Origin: Chrysomallon squamiferum
Taxonomy: Eukaryota > Animalia > Mollusca
Length of the DNA stretch: 64,000 bases
Assembly (NCBI GenBank): GCA_012295275.1
Contig: CM022676.1
Span: forward strand, 682,001 to 746,000
Direction: 5' to 3'
Part shown: in pieces, positions 26,801 to 42,000 of the stretch
How positions within the stretch are numbered: position 1 is the first letter of the stretch
Layout of the letters: every line of letters begins with the position of its first letter
Notes under the pieces: model-generated
The model's input: the letters and a program-made list of their open reading frames with translations, nothing else
Databases searched by the model: none
Told to the model about the DNA's origin: nothing
Position numbers and translations under genes: made by a program

Positions 26801-28705
26801 TTTTGTATGTTTAGTTTCAGTATTTTTGTTTTGTTTTTGCTTGTTTGTAGTTTTGGGGGTTTTCTATGTTTAGTTTCAGTATTTTCTGTTATTTTCTATG
26901 TTTAGTTTCAGTATTTTCTGTTATTTTCTATGTTTAGTTTCAGTATTTTCTGTTATTTTCTATGTTTAGTTTCAGTATTTTCTGTTGTTTTCTATGTTTA
27001 TTCAAAAACTGAGTTATATTTATCTGTCAACACTGTTATATTTATAATGCTGAGTATTTGCAGTTTTAACTTACACATTTTCTCCACCCAGTCTCGACAA
27101 CAGCAGATGATTAGAATGATAAAGAGAACAACCAGAATCAAAACAACAATGATGATGATTGCAATCATTTCAGCACTGAATGATGATGCACCTGTCGCAG
27201 CTCCAGCAGTGGCTGAAAATAAATAAAAATAAACATGGAAAGTTGTTGCTGATGATCATGATGATATTTGATAGTGATGTATAGTGTCATATATAGATAG
27301 CAGTATTAGTGATATTATGGTGTATTGTCTGATAGTGATGTATAGTGTGATGGTAATAGTGATATTATGGTGTATAGTGTGATGGTAATAGTGATATGGT
27401 GTACTGTCTGAGAGTGATGGTAATAGTGATATTATCGTGTATGGTCTGATAGTGATGTATAATGTAATGGTAATAGTGATATGGTGTACTGTTTAATGTG
27501 GTGTGTATGTATGTATATTTATGGGTTTTGTCTTGTATACTGTTACTGTACAGTGTTCATGTAATTTAGTGCAACATGTTATTATAATAGTGAATGAGAA
27601 ATACAAAAGCTGCATGAAGAAAAACAAAACAAACACTGTTCAGTCCTGTGTTAAAACAAACAGTGACACTGATCAGTCCTGTGTTAAAACAGTGACACTG
27701 ATCAGTCAGTCCTGTGTTAACACAAACAGTGACACTGACCAGTCCTGTGTTAAAACAGTGACACTGATCAGTCAGTCCTGTGTTAACACAAACAGTGACA
27801 CTGACCAGTCCTGTGTTAAAACAGTAACACTGATCAGTCAGTCCTGTGTTAACACAAACAGTGACACTGATCAGTCCTGTGTTAACACAAACAGTGACAC
27901 TGATCAGTCAGTCCTATGTTAAAACAGTGACACTGATCAGTCAGTCCTGTGTTAACACAAACAGTGACACTGATCAGTCCTGTGTTAACACAAACAGTGA
28001 CACTGATCAGTCCTGTGTTAAAACAGTGACACTGATCAGTCAGTCCTGTGTTAACACAAACAGTGACACTGATCAGTCCTGTGTTAACACAAACAGTGAC
28101 ACTGATCAGTCAGTCCTATGTTAAAACAGTGACACTGATCAGTCAGTCCTGTGTTAACACAAACAGTGACACTGATCAGTCCTGTGTTAACACAAACAGT
28201 GACACTGATCAGTCCTGTGTTAAAACAGTGACACTGATCAGTCAGTCCTGTGTTAACACAAACAGTGACACTGATCAGTCCTGTGTTAACACAAACAGTG
28301 ACACTGATCAGTCAGTCCTATGTTAAAACAGTGACACTGATCAGTCAGTCCTGTGTTAACACAAACAGTGACACTGATCAGTCCTGTGTTAAAACAGTGA
28401 CACTGATCAGTCAGTCCTGTGTTAAAACATGAACTGCAGCAAATACAATGTGTAAAACACACATACACTGCAGTGAACACAAAGTCTGATAAAAATAAAC
28501 ACACACATCTATTATACTTATGTGTTTGTTTATGCTTTGTACATTTGTTTATTCATGCGTGTGTGTAAATATGGAATGAATTATCAAATTATCAGAGAGA
28601 GAATTTACATGTCACAATGTGTTTATAAAGGTTTAAAGGAGTCTTACAAATACAGATATTCCTTTCAAAAGTTATAAATAACATTTTATACCTATATATT
28701 AAATC

Positions 28706-28736
<31 letters not shown>

Positions 28737-29566
28737 GAGTTAGAATCTGAGGACTACAGATGAAAAAGAAAGTGTGAACTTACGTCCCTGTGTTGTTGGT
28801 GCAGTGGTTACCTGGGGATCAGCTATGAAATGAAATAAATTGTTTGTAAATGTTGAATATCTTAGTAGTGTTACTAAATTCTGAAAAATAAGTACATTTA
28901 TCACTATCTATCTACCTATCTATCTAAATAATATATATATATATTTGTCTGTCTGCCTGTTTGTCTAACTATATAAATAATCTCTATAATCTATATCTAT
29001 ACATGGTAAGAAATAATAAACATCAATGAAATACTTTTTTGCTTTAATTATGAGTAGAATGTTAGTTATGTATGTAAGAAATAATATAGTTTGTATCAAC
29101 TGAACAGAAATCAGTGAATAAATAAAATAAAAGTAAAAAAAGTATCAGAAGCCCAGTAAGCAGGTAAGCAAAGAGAACACACATGGATTAAAGAATTTCA
29201 CACACGCAGTACAATACTGACACAGGTCAAATATGTAATCAGTAGTCCCTGTTTTATCATTACCTTCATCTATAACTGTAATCAACAAGAGAGAGAGAAA
29301 ACACAGGTACTCCTGACCAGCCATGTCGGAAAACACTGAGCTACACACACACAACCTTGTAGTTCACTCAACCTGTCATCACAGAACACAGGCATCAGTC
29401 AATGCTCTACATTTCAAATCTGTTGTCAGACTGGCTGACAGTGCCATGGTAACACAGACACTGTACATATATATTTTAACAAGAGAAATACTCACAGATA
29501 GAAAAACAAAATAAAAACAAAAGCAGTTTATCATTATTTTATTTTATTTATTTATTTATTTATTTA

Positions 29567-29643
<77 letters not shown>

Positions 29644-32600
29644 TTATTATTATTATTATCATTATTTTTATTATCAACTTCATCTTTGTTGTTGTTGTTG
29701 ATGATGAGAACAGGTCCAGTCAGGAAGGTTAATACTGTTCTGTGTTTAGACACCTCAACCTGTGCACACAGCTATGAGACTGAAAGAACACAGGTTTTAA
29801 CATGATTGTAAATATCAAACAACCTGAGAACACAGCACACCTGTATGTAACACATGCACCTGTGTCTACCTGAGTGCAACATGATCTCAGCTACAGTTTA
29901 AAATTACAAAGGTGTTCATTCATCGATTGTTCAGTGGACTCAGTCATTCGTGCATATCTATTCAGCTGTATAGATTATTGATCAGACAACATCAACAACA
30001 GAACCAGGACAAAACATAAAGTGTAGTACAGTGAATTATTTACCAGGCAAATAGCCAAAATTAATGCTATTTATGCATGAGTGTCAAATAGACAGGTATA
30101 TATGTATTTGGAGAAATATTCAGAATAACTGATGTATTTTAAAATGTATATACTTTCATGAACTTTTTTAATGCATGCATGTGCTCACACACGTATGCAC
30201 GCATGCACACATACACACACACACAACACACACATGCTTGTTATCATCAATGAGAAATGTATTGGGTTTCTATATTTTTAATTGTCACATAGACCTAACA
30301 AAGCTCTCTTTAATTTTATTTGGTTATTTTTTTAACTTGTGGATAAAGATAATTTATTATAATACTAAACAGTTTGAAAAAGATTAACAAACTATTTTAG
30401 TCAATAACATTGTTAATATCCTGAATATACAGATTGATACTGTTAATATAACATTACAGCTGTAAGTGTGAAATCTCCTTCCCCTACAGTGACTGAGCCT
30501 ACAGTGACACTGAGCTGTCTCACAGTGTCTGCTCTGTCACAGTGTCTGCACTATCACAGTGTCTGCACTATCACAGTGTCTGCTCTATCTCACTGTCTGC
30601 ACTATCACAGTGTCTGCTCTATCACAGTGTCTGCACTATCACAGTGTCTGCTCTATTACAGTGTCTGCTCTATTACAGTGTCTGCTCTATCTCACTGTCT
30701 GCACTATCACAGTGTCTGTTCTGTCACAGTGTCTGCTCTATTACAGTGTCTGCTCTGTCACAGTGTCTGCTCTGTCACAGTGTCTGCACTATCACAGTGT
30801 CTTCTCTATCTCACTGTCTGCACTATCACAGTGTCTGCACTATCACAGTGTCTGCTCTATTACAGTGTCTGCTCTATCTCACTGTCTGCACTATCACAGT
30901 GTCTGCTCTATCTCACTGTCTGCACTATCACAGTGTCTGCTCTATCAGTGTCTGCTCTATCTCACTGTCTGCTCTATCACTGGACCAGTTTGAACATGCC
31001 AAACCTCTGCATCCACCCCAGTTGATTTCAGATTGATTTTTTCCTCACACCCCAATTTTGACTGAATTTTTTTTAGTGTATTTGTAAGTTCTTTCACCCA
31101 CAATTCATTTCCTAACATTCTAAATACTTTACTTTTCAGTCTCTGTCCAGTTCAGTTTCATCCAAATAATTTCTTACACTTTGGGCTGCCAACTTAACAA
31201 TAACTGTTATAAACCAAATGTTTACTTTATCACTACTGATACACTGAATGTACAGTGAATAAACAAAGCAGAAATTGGTAACTGACACAATGAGTAACTG
31301 ACACCCTCATTTAAATTGCATTCTGGGAATTAACTGAATTATGTAAATATTTTTATCTCTTATTAATTTTTATAATATTGTAATCTCCATGCCTTGTATG
31401 TTTCAAATGATATGTCTTGTATGTTTCAAATGATATGTCTTGTATGTTTCAAATGATATGTCTTGTAGAATACTGGTGTTGATAGAAACATTCTGAGCAC
31501 ATTTTGATAATTTATTCAACCTGGTTTGGGAAAAGTAATTCAAAATATTTTAAATTTATGATTTACTGTATTGTACATTTTCATTATTTATTTTATTTAT
31601 TTTATTTATTTATTTATTTATTTTATTGATTTATTTATTTTTCAGTTTTAGTGATGTATGATATAAACATATAAAAACTGATTTCAGTCTGATTTTTGTC
31701 CTGTTTGATATGAATTTCACAAATGATACACTGACCAGGCATAAACATGAAAAAACTAACTTACTATAAAATCAGCAAACACCAACATTGTTCATGTACC
31801 ACACAGAATGTTAGTCATTCAGTGACAATAAAGAAATGTTAAATTACATGTTCCCTAATAAAAATGAAAATTACTTTCTGACGTATTAAATACTAACAGA
31901 ACTTGAAGATGTAGCTTGAAGATGATTTAAATAATAAATAATAAAATAATAATAATATTATCTCAAGATGGTTTAGTAAATAAACTCTAATAATATAATA
32001 TATTTTTTTAATTAACAAATAAAAGTTAATAATGTTATGACAATGACATATTGAAACAACAAGTAAATATAAAATACTGGTATTGTCTCTATAGTTACTG
32101 AAGTGAAGATGACTCACTGACACAGGATGCAATGCTGGTCTGTCCTGTGTAAGCCGTTGACATGGTTACGTCACAAGGAGTGCAGTAGAAGGAGCCGGTC
32201 AGTGACTGATAGAAACCAAGTGGACAGTTCGCACACTGACCCTCACTCAGGTTGTAAAACTGACCCACACTGCAACTGTCTGTAACAAACAGTTGTAACA
32301 ATTGTAATAGTTGTAAGAGGTGAAACATTAGTAACAATTATAATGTTGTAATAACTGTAATAGTTTTATCTAAGTGTTATAATTTAAGTAACAGTTAAAA
32401 TAGTTTTAAGTCATAACAAATGTAACAGCTGTAACAGTTATAAAATATTTATAACAGAGGACATATAACAAGTGTTTATTAAAGTAAGTAATCACAGAAA
32501 GCTTGCACATTGAGTTTATTACAAACATTTATGTTTTAAAATTATACACTAAAACAGTAGGTAACAGACAAGCATTCTGTTATAGTAATGTAGTAATATA

Positions 32601-33493
32601 GTGTACAATATTATTATTTTTGTTTTGACCAACACTTACAAATAATACCTTAGGCTGCTTATAACAAACAATGAGAAAATATAGTACAACATGTTGTTTA
32701 GTTGTAAACCTTATAAATGTACATTAATCACAGCTGCCAGTGACAATGAAAAATGACAATGAAAAATGACATAAAACACTGGTATTGTCTGCAACACATA
32801 ATTGCTGTTTACAGCAGGTTTATTTATCACAGGTTAAACTGTACAAAAACCTTTGCATTTGTCCACATTCTGGGCACCTGACATCGCAGTGGTCATTGAG
32901 CCAGGACATGAGAGACAGGGGATGGGTGTCCCTCCAATCACACCTGTCTCATCTAGGTATGTCCCCTTGGGACAGGAGACACACCCACTCACAGAAGAAT
33001 CATAGTAGGAACCCTGTCCACATTCAACTGCAACAAAGAAAATGTTTTGTAAAGTGAAAAATGACTTAAATTTATACAAATATTTAAAGAAAAAGTATTA
33101 AGAATTTTAACACTTAGATTACACTTTAAACAAATACTAGTTAATCACAGCCAGTGAAAATGTCTGTAAATTCAATGAAAAGTTTACCATTCCTAAACTG
33201 ACCAAATAAAAAGAATTTACTTTATGTAATATCCAGTAAAAATTTGAATATACCTATACATATATATATATATATATATATATATGTATAGGTATATTCA
33301 AATATATATATGAACAGCCACTTTGTTACTTTAACCACTGAAAGTACTAACCACAACAGTCTCCAATTAGCTGTTTTCCAGCCACACAAGTTTTTTTCAG
33401 TTTCAGCATAAACATGTCAAGATCAGGAATTGCAAACTGAAAACAGAATTAGTTAGTCAGTCTGAATCATAAAATGTTTCAAAGTGCAAAATA

Positions 33494-33543
<50 letters not shown>

Positions 33544-36500
33544 CACACGCACACATACAAATATGTCTACCCATTTGTGGATGTATCTAATATTTCTGAC
33601 AGTTAGATAGATACAGAAAGATTTATAGATAGAAATAGATAAATTAGATAGAGACATAGATAAATGACCAATTAATTTTTTAAATTCATATAACATGTCT
33701 GAGTGCAACCAGTGTTTAATGGAAAACATTCAATAGTACCATTGTGATGAACAGTTTAAATGAAAAATGTCAAGAGATGATATCTGGATTGGATTACACT
33801 GGATTGGATAACTGGTAGCATGTTATATTTTATATAATTTATACAGTCATGGAATGATTAAAATAAAAATTAATATAATTTTTGTTATATAAAAATATCT
33901 TACTAGGAAATTGAAGATTTTGTCATCGACTATGGCCATGACAAGAAAATCTCTCACTGGTCTCTTTTGTGAATTGATCTGCAGTTCTTCCTCCCTGAAA
34001 TCAGTTTTATTACAATTCAGTAAATTACAGTTAAAACTTTCACACTAACTGAAAAACAATATACCACTGCAGTAAGACCAAATCCATTATCAAATTGTTT
34101 TTTATTTGTCAAAGGAATCAGCCATTCAACCAAATCAGAACAACAAAATAAATGTAAATTAACCATTTTCTGTTTAAATACATTTACCATATACATATCA
34201 TAAAATCACTCTATAAACATAAATAAAAATACAATATGAGACAGAGGCAGAAAATGAGAGAGAAAGAATGAGAAAGTATAAGAGAAACAGGTCAAGCAAT
34301 AAAAGAAAAATAGAGAATGAAAGAAAGACAAAAAAGAGAGAAAGAAAAAGATTGATATAAACAAGGATGCACAAGGATGTGAATTTTCCAGTTATTATAA
34401 ATAAATATTATTTTCAAATATCTTTCATCCATCTTATTTCAGTGAACTGTCAAACTTTGGGCTTATTGACTGAGTAATTTTATAGATTTCTGATTTTTGA
34501 CTGTATACACACACTGACACACTACACATTATGGACACACTCACGAGACAAGAGGCAGGCTGATGGTTGAAGAGATGACTGTAGTTTTCTCATTGCACAC
34601 CAAACTGATGACTACATTTTTACAGTCTCTCGTGTTACACAGTTTGTTGTTCACCTCGCTGTTCAGAGTCACCAGGGCTGACAGCAGACTTTCTCGTAGG
34701 TTGTTGAGAACAACAGAACTGCATGCTGGGATTAGTCGGAAATCGAGGCTGATAGTTATGTCCCTTGCTGGAGTTGCACAGCCTGAAAGAGATAGATGCT
34801 TTTAAACTGCAGTCACAGAATTTTTAAAAACAAAAACAAAAGTTCTGTTCGAAGAATAGCAAACAACATTTGAACACATTTTATTAACAGTATTGTAGTT
34901 TTACTCTTGTTTCTAGCAAGTGGACCAAGTATATTTGTATGAAAACTAATTGTAAGAAAAGAACTTTGTTGTTTTTAAAAGACTTGCCACAACCTATTAC
35001 TGGTTTTCATGAAGCACTAGTTGGAATGTGAAAAAGTTCCACAAAGTAATAATTCTTTTATATTCTATATAACAAAGATGTCTACTTCATTTATCAGTAA
35101 AGAGTAATTATCACTGCACAGACACACACACAGACATACATACACACACACAGACATACAGACACACACACAGACACACACACAGACATACAGACACACA
35201 CACAGACATACAGACATACACACAGACATTAACAAGACTGTTTAAAAGAAAACTTGACCTACTTGTACAAGGAGCGTACTCAAACGGAACTGGTTGGTCA
35301 GACTGACCAAACATCCCATACGTTCCACACGTGTAGTACCTGGGAGCTGCCGTGGACAGCGTCAACGTCGCCACGCACTGGACAGAGCACCGCAGACCAT
35401 CGGCTACTTCAGAACATTTGTGATCACCCGAGACTGGACGAGTCGGCTTCACACACTCACTTCCTGAAAGTTACAAGCTTCATTAAATAATTTGTCTTAA
35501 ACACACACACACACATACACACACACACACACACATAGAAACATATGTACAAACAGACACCCACACACACTCAAACACATACAAACACATGTGTGTGGTG
35601 AGATTTAAATAAAGAAGTTGATGACTTACTTCTGTTGAAAAACTTGAAGCTACAAACTGCAGCATTTAACTGATCATCAACTGCAGCATATGCTACACCA
35701 TACGTCCCCCACCCCATCACTGATCCTGGAAAGAGAAAATACACTTGAAGTGCAGAACAGAGGTAAGGATGGAAAGAAAAACGTGATGGAGAAAAGAAAG
35801 AAATGTAATTACAACAAACATTACTTTTGATCTGAATGAGTGACAGAAGAAAGAATTAAAATCAACAAGGATGTACGAATACTTTATTTAATACATTGTG
35901 CTTACAGAAGAAAACAAATGAATAACTAAGTGAATGAATGTTTGAATGAAATAAAGAAGCAGTACACTCAGTTCAGAGTTTATAACTAAACAGAAGAAAC
36001 GTTACCTCCAGACACCAGCGTTGTTCTCACAGTTCTGTAGCTGTCAAACGTCGGCTCCAGCCACCGCGGCACTGACACACGGCTGTTCACCTGCATCTGG
36101 TCTCTCACACACGCCCGCACCTTCGGCCTCGCTGTGACTGTAACAAAACTTTTGTTCTTAATTTTAGCTTTATCTGAGAATGTAGTTATCTCCCTTTTAA
36201 AATAAATTAGTGTAAAGTTGGAAATGTAGTTGTCTCCCTTAAACAACAAATTAAAATAAAACTTTGAAAAAATTCATATATGTATATATATATATATATA
36301 TTTAAACTAAATTAAAACATTGTAGTTTCTACCTTTGAAATAAACATTATAAATATTATTATAAAAATTTCCATTAGAAAAGTAAGTTGTCATTACAAAC
36401 ATAAGATTTTATATAAAAATAAATAATAATAATTTTAATCTTACAAAAGTTTCTAACAATGTTATAGGTAGGTAGATAGGTTATACATATTTTACAAATG

Positions 36501-38874
36501 TTTTATAGTTTAAAACTTACTCTCTTTGAATAAGCAGGTTTACATCTGTTACTAGACAAATGTATATTTTTATAATTCACATTTTCTTCTAGACAAATAA
36601 AATAAAAATTAAGACTTACTTAATTTGAGCAGTCTACAGCTGACATCTTCCTGCCTACATTTTCCAGCTGTCAGCTGACTTTGATAATCTAACAAACCGT
36701 TGATACCATCAACAATGTCAGCGTTGAATCCGGGAATGTCGCCGCGTGGAACAACGTTGATGTCAGAGTACAGCTGTTCTATGTCTGCAGGGTGAGACAG
36801 CGCAGTGGTGGTGATGTGAAGACGGCTCACACGACCACGCAGCCCAGTCGACTGGTCCACTGTGTTTGTCAGGACACTGAACTCTCCTCCCAGCACAAGC
36901 CACACACTGGAAAACAAACACAGTCTGAAAGTTTTCTGTGATCTACAACGGGGCTGGTGAAATTCTCACTGAGCCAGTAGTTACAGTATAAACAAACTTT
37001 ATTTATAAACATCCTTAAAACAAACAACAAAAACATCAAAAAACATTCACTGTATTTCAGTGGTTAATATTGTTGTTTTTTTATTATTATTATTTCAGTT
37101 TTTTTTGAGAGTATCAATTATTATTGTATTTTCTGTTTAGGAAAAATAAAAATAAAAATAAAATACTGAAAGCAAACAAAGATTCGGGACAGTAACCAGC
37201 TAAGTCTGTAAAGAAAGAAAGAAGAGAAGAGAGGAAGCACTCTGCAAAGACAAGAATCACAGTGAAGCCATTTCTACTTTTTAATTTGACTTATTAACAA
37301 CATTTAAATGCAGTGTTACTCATTTTCTTCAATATGTTCAATATTTCCTGCAGAAACTTTGCTTCACATTGTTTTCTATCAATACTGACAGTTCACTTTA
37401 CAAATTCATTATTCACAAACAAACTAAAGAGTAAACCTAATTAGGTATTCCTCAGTATCTGAAACTGTGTCTTTCTTGTAAAACGTACATCGTTGTTAAA
37501 CTGCTGAGTGAGAAGATGAGAACACTTACTAAGGAGGCAGCTGTTTTGAAAATCCGTAGTTACTCAGCGAGCTGGACAGCACTTTGTCAACATACACACT
37601 GAGTCTGCCAAAAGACGAGTCCCACACAACAACGATGTTGTGCCAGAAACCATCATCAACAACAACATTGTTGTAAGAAAGTTGTTTCACTCCAGCAAAC
37701 GATGCCACGACGTTGCGTCGACGCAGAGAGACCAGCTCCACGGGGTTGACAACTGGTAATGACGCTGAACTGAAAATAAAATAAACAGTTATTTATTACA
37801 CAATATTTTGATGATAAAATATTTATTTCTCTGTGTTCATATGCAATCCATTTAAGTTGTAAATTGTAATAAATGAACTAAATTAATTTGAATATTAAAA
37901 AAACTTGTTATAAATAATTATTAAAACACTAATGAATTACAGTTAATTTATAATTAACTAACAAGCAACTTGTAAAAAGTCTGATTTAATTTATATTTAA
38001 TTTATATTTAAATGAGAATGTAATGTTATTTACCTTCACATAACTCATATCTTAACTAAATACATATAATTCTGATTTTACCTATCTCAACTAATGCTAT
38101 ACAATTTAAATATTATCTCTGGTGTCATATAATATAGATGTTAAGTAATGTCATATAATACAGATGTTAAGTAATGTCAGATAATACAGATGTTAAGTAA
38201 TGTCAGATAATACAGATGTTATCTACCTGACTCCGTAGAGAGTTGCGATTGTTCCTGGAGTTGTTTCCTGCTCGTACTTCACCCACACAGACACGGAGAG
38301 CTCAGTCTGTGAAGCTGGGTGCGGCACTGACTGATATTCTGAGGCTGGGTAACCTAGAGCTCCAGGAAAAACAACGTCGAAGTCCGTTGACAAATCTGAA
38401 ATTAAAATTAAAAATATCAAATTAAAGTGTGTGTGTGTTGATTAATTTTCATCTATTCAGAGTCACTGTTATAAAGTTCAATACTGTAAAATAAAAAGCG
38501 TTATAAGATTATATTTGTTTTCTCCACTTTCAACAAAACAGCTCTTTTCTGGTTAATGCCCATCTTTTGACAGAAGATTTGTTTCAAGTTTTCTTGATTA
38601 CAGTTCAATCATTTTTAATATCATAACACAGTTTTTTTAAATTTCATTCTTAGTAACTGACCAAACTGTAATTTCACCTTTATTACACTGCAAGCCAATC
38701 TTTCCAGATTTGCATTTACAGATAAAAGAGTTAACAGCGTCTATACAGACTGAGCCAGGAGGACAGGGGTTGGTTTGACAGTCATCAATGTTCACATCAC
38801 AGTGGTCTCCTGTGAAACCTGTAAAGTAATTAGTATTATGTTAACTCGATTTACACATACCCACACACACACAC

Positions 38875-38941
<67 letters not shown>

Positions 38942-39005
38942 ACACACACACACATACACATGCACACACATCACAGTCACAGACAGACAGAAAAAGAAGA
39001 TGGAC

Positions 39006-39037
<32 letters not shown>

Positions 39038-42000
39038 CACAGAGTGAGAGAGAGACAGAGAGAGAGAGAGAGTGTGTCAAAGAGCACAGAGTGAGAGAGA
39101 GACACACACCACTAATATTATTATTAAAGTACCTGGTACACATGCACAGAGGAGTTGACCATTATTTTCTTTACAGCTGGCTCCATTCAGACAGTAACCA
39201 GGGTAACAAGAAACAGCCTTTGCCTCACAGTACTGTCCACTGTACCCTGTTACCATAACAACAGTAACATTTGTCAGTGACATCAAATTTTGAGATATAT
39301 CAAAAACATAAATCATGTAACAATCCAGTTTTTAAAGCAAAACAAAATTTTAGCGGTAGTTTTAGCAAGATGGATGTAAAGTGTAACAACAAGGAAACGT
39401 AGTTTGTTTTTATAAATTTCTATAAATGACATTTTGATCCTACACATATAATTACTATAAAGACACAAATTTAGCATAAGACTTTATGTAATTTGTTTAA
39501 GTTTTGAATTATAACCATTTGCACTCGAGATTTACTAGTTTATATAGCAGTTATTATCAAATTGTATCTATAATCTACACCTAGAATATATAAGTTTAAA
39601 ATTATTATACAAAAATTAATAACTAAATTATTAAATTATTATTTGAATCTATTATTGGCAAAAATATATAACTCTGTCATTATTATATACAAATTTATTA
39701 TTTTAATGCACTTGTAACACATTTTGATAAAACTACTAAAAGAATTAATTTATCTTGAAATTACAAATGCGACTGATTATGGTTACCAATCAGAGATACT
39801 AATCCTAATTATGTACAGTTAATAAATATTATAAAATAACCTGTGCATTTGTTTTACCTTGAGCACACTTGCAGGTTGTTTCAGCACCATTAAAAGAACA
39901 TCTGCTGCCAGGACCGATACAAGGATTAGCAAGGTCACACAAGTTGTCATACGTCTCACAGACATCGCCTCTGTACCCCGGCTTACACCTGTCACAACAC
40001 AAAGTGTTAATCAGACAGACAGAAACTGAGGTTACACCTGTCACAACACAAAGTGTTAATCAGACAGACAGAAACTGAGGTTACAGCTGTCACAACACAA
40101 AGTGTTAATCAGACAGACAGAAACTGAGGTTTACAGCTGTCACAACACAAAGTGTTAATCAGACAGACAGAAACTGAGGTTACAGCTGTCACAACACAAA
40201 GTGTTAATCAGACAGACAGAAACTGAGGTTACAGCTGTCACAACACAAAGTGTTAATCAGACAGACAGAAACTGAGGTTACAGCTGTCACAACACAAAGT
40301 GTTAATCAGACAGACAGAAACTGAGGTTAGCTGTCACAACACAAAGTGTTAATCAGACAGACAGAAACTGAGGTTACAGCTGTCACAACACAAAGTGTTA
40401 ATCAGACAGACAGAAACTGAGGTTTACAGCTGTCACAACACAAAGTGTTAATCAGACAGACAGAAACTGAGGTTTACAGCTGTCACAACACTGTTAATCA
40501 GACAGACAGAAACTGAGGTTAAGCTGTCACAACACAAAGTGTTAATCAGACAGACAGAAACTGAGGTTACACCTGTCACAACACAAAGTGTTAATCAGAC
40601 AGACAGAAACTGAGGTTTACAGCTGTCACAACACAAAGTGTTAATCAGACAGACAGAAACTGAGGTTTACAGCTGTCACAACACAAAGTGTTAATCAGAC
40701 AGACAGAAACTGAGGTTACAGCTGTCACAACATAAAGTGTTAATCAGACAGACAGAAACTGAGGTTTATGCACAGATAATGCATTACCTCTCACATTACA
40801 CACACTATATATGAAAAATTTGAGAATGTATTTGTGTTTTTTCCACTGTATAAATAAACTTTATTATGTCCTGTGGATATATTTTTTATCTGATAATTAT
40901 TAAGCAGGAGAGAAATACATGTACTTCACATTCATCAGGCATGTACTTTATTTACTGTAGAAATAAATTTTACACCAAATTAGTATCATTTTAGTTTCTT
41001 TTCACATACTTGTTTAGGTATATCAGGAAATAATTTTTATACACATCCTACCAAATATAACTTATCTTACTTCTACACCTGTCAGAGCTGATAAAACATT
41101 TTCTAATCAGAAATAAGATTCACTTACTTGCAGAAGTAGGTGTTGTCAGTGCTGATGCACTCTGCGCTGTTGAGACAGGGGTCAGGACTACAGAAGTTGG
41201 TCTCGTGCTGACAGTCAGGTCCGTGGTAGCCGAGGGGACACTGACACGTGTACAAGTCTCCGTTAGTGACACACGTAGCTCCATGGAGACACGGGAAACT
41301 GTCACAGTCCGTGCGTCCAAACTGAATTTCAAAATAATGTTACATCACTGACAAATCAGCCATGTTTTAACAGACAATATCAGAATATCAGTGATGTATT
41401 TTATTCATTTCTCTTGTTATTAAGTTTATTCAACACTTTAGATGGAGACACAGAAGTTCACTGAGGCCTGCAGAACAGCAGAGAGTGAGGCAAATTTTAA
41501 ATTTAAAGTTTGTCAATTTTCTCTTACAACCGATTAAGATTTGTTAATGTTCTGGAAAATATTAGTGACAAAGTAGTGTGATAAATGTTGTGGATATTAC
41601 TTTCTGTTCAGTTTTTATTAATTTATTTTGTCACACTACTTTTTATTTTTCTTCGTCTTCATCTTCATATTCATTTTTTAATTTTTCTAATTTTATTTTA
41701 TTTCTCTGTTTATCAAAACTATAAAATTACCCATATGGACTAAAAATGACCCACATCAAATCTGAAAGAGTTTTGTTATTTAAAGAAGAAACTTCTAGGA
41801 AAATATATGCTGTACACACGTAGTTCTGTGTGATTCATTTCCTACTTGTAATCTACTTACTGTACACGTTTTGCCGTAGTAGCCGTCGGGACAGACACAG
41901 TAGAAGTCGTTTAGCAGGTCGACACACCTGGCTGATGACTGACAAGGATTTGGTCTGCAGTTGTCTACAAGATCCTTACAATATTTACCTGTGTAAGTAT

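Noticed and set aside
27503-31036. Long Cys/Ser/Thr-rich ORFs (27503..28432, 30468..31036)
   Set aside because: Translations of minisatellites, open in several frames and lacking splice or homology support.
30985-31330. Possible DNA-transposon fragment (GTAACTGACAC direct repeats)
   Set aside because: No matching second terminus or TSD could be identified by eye.
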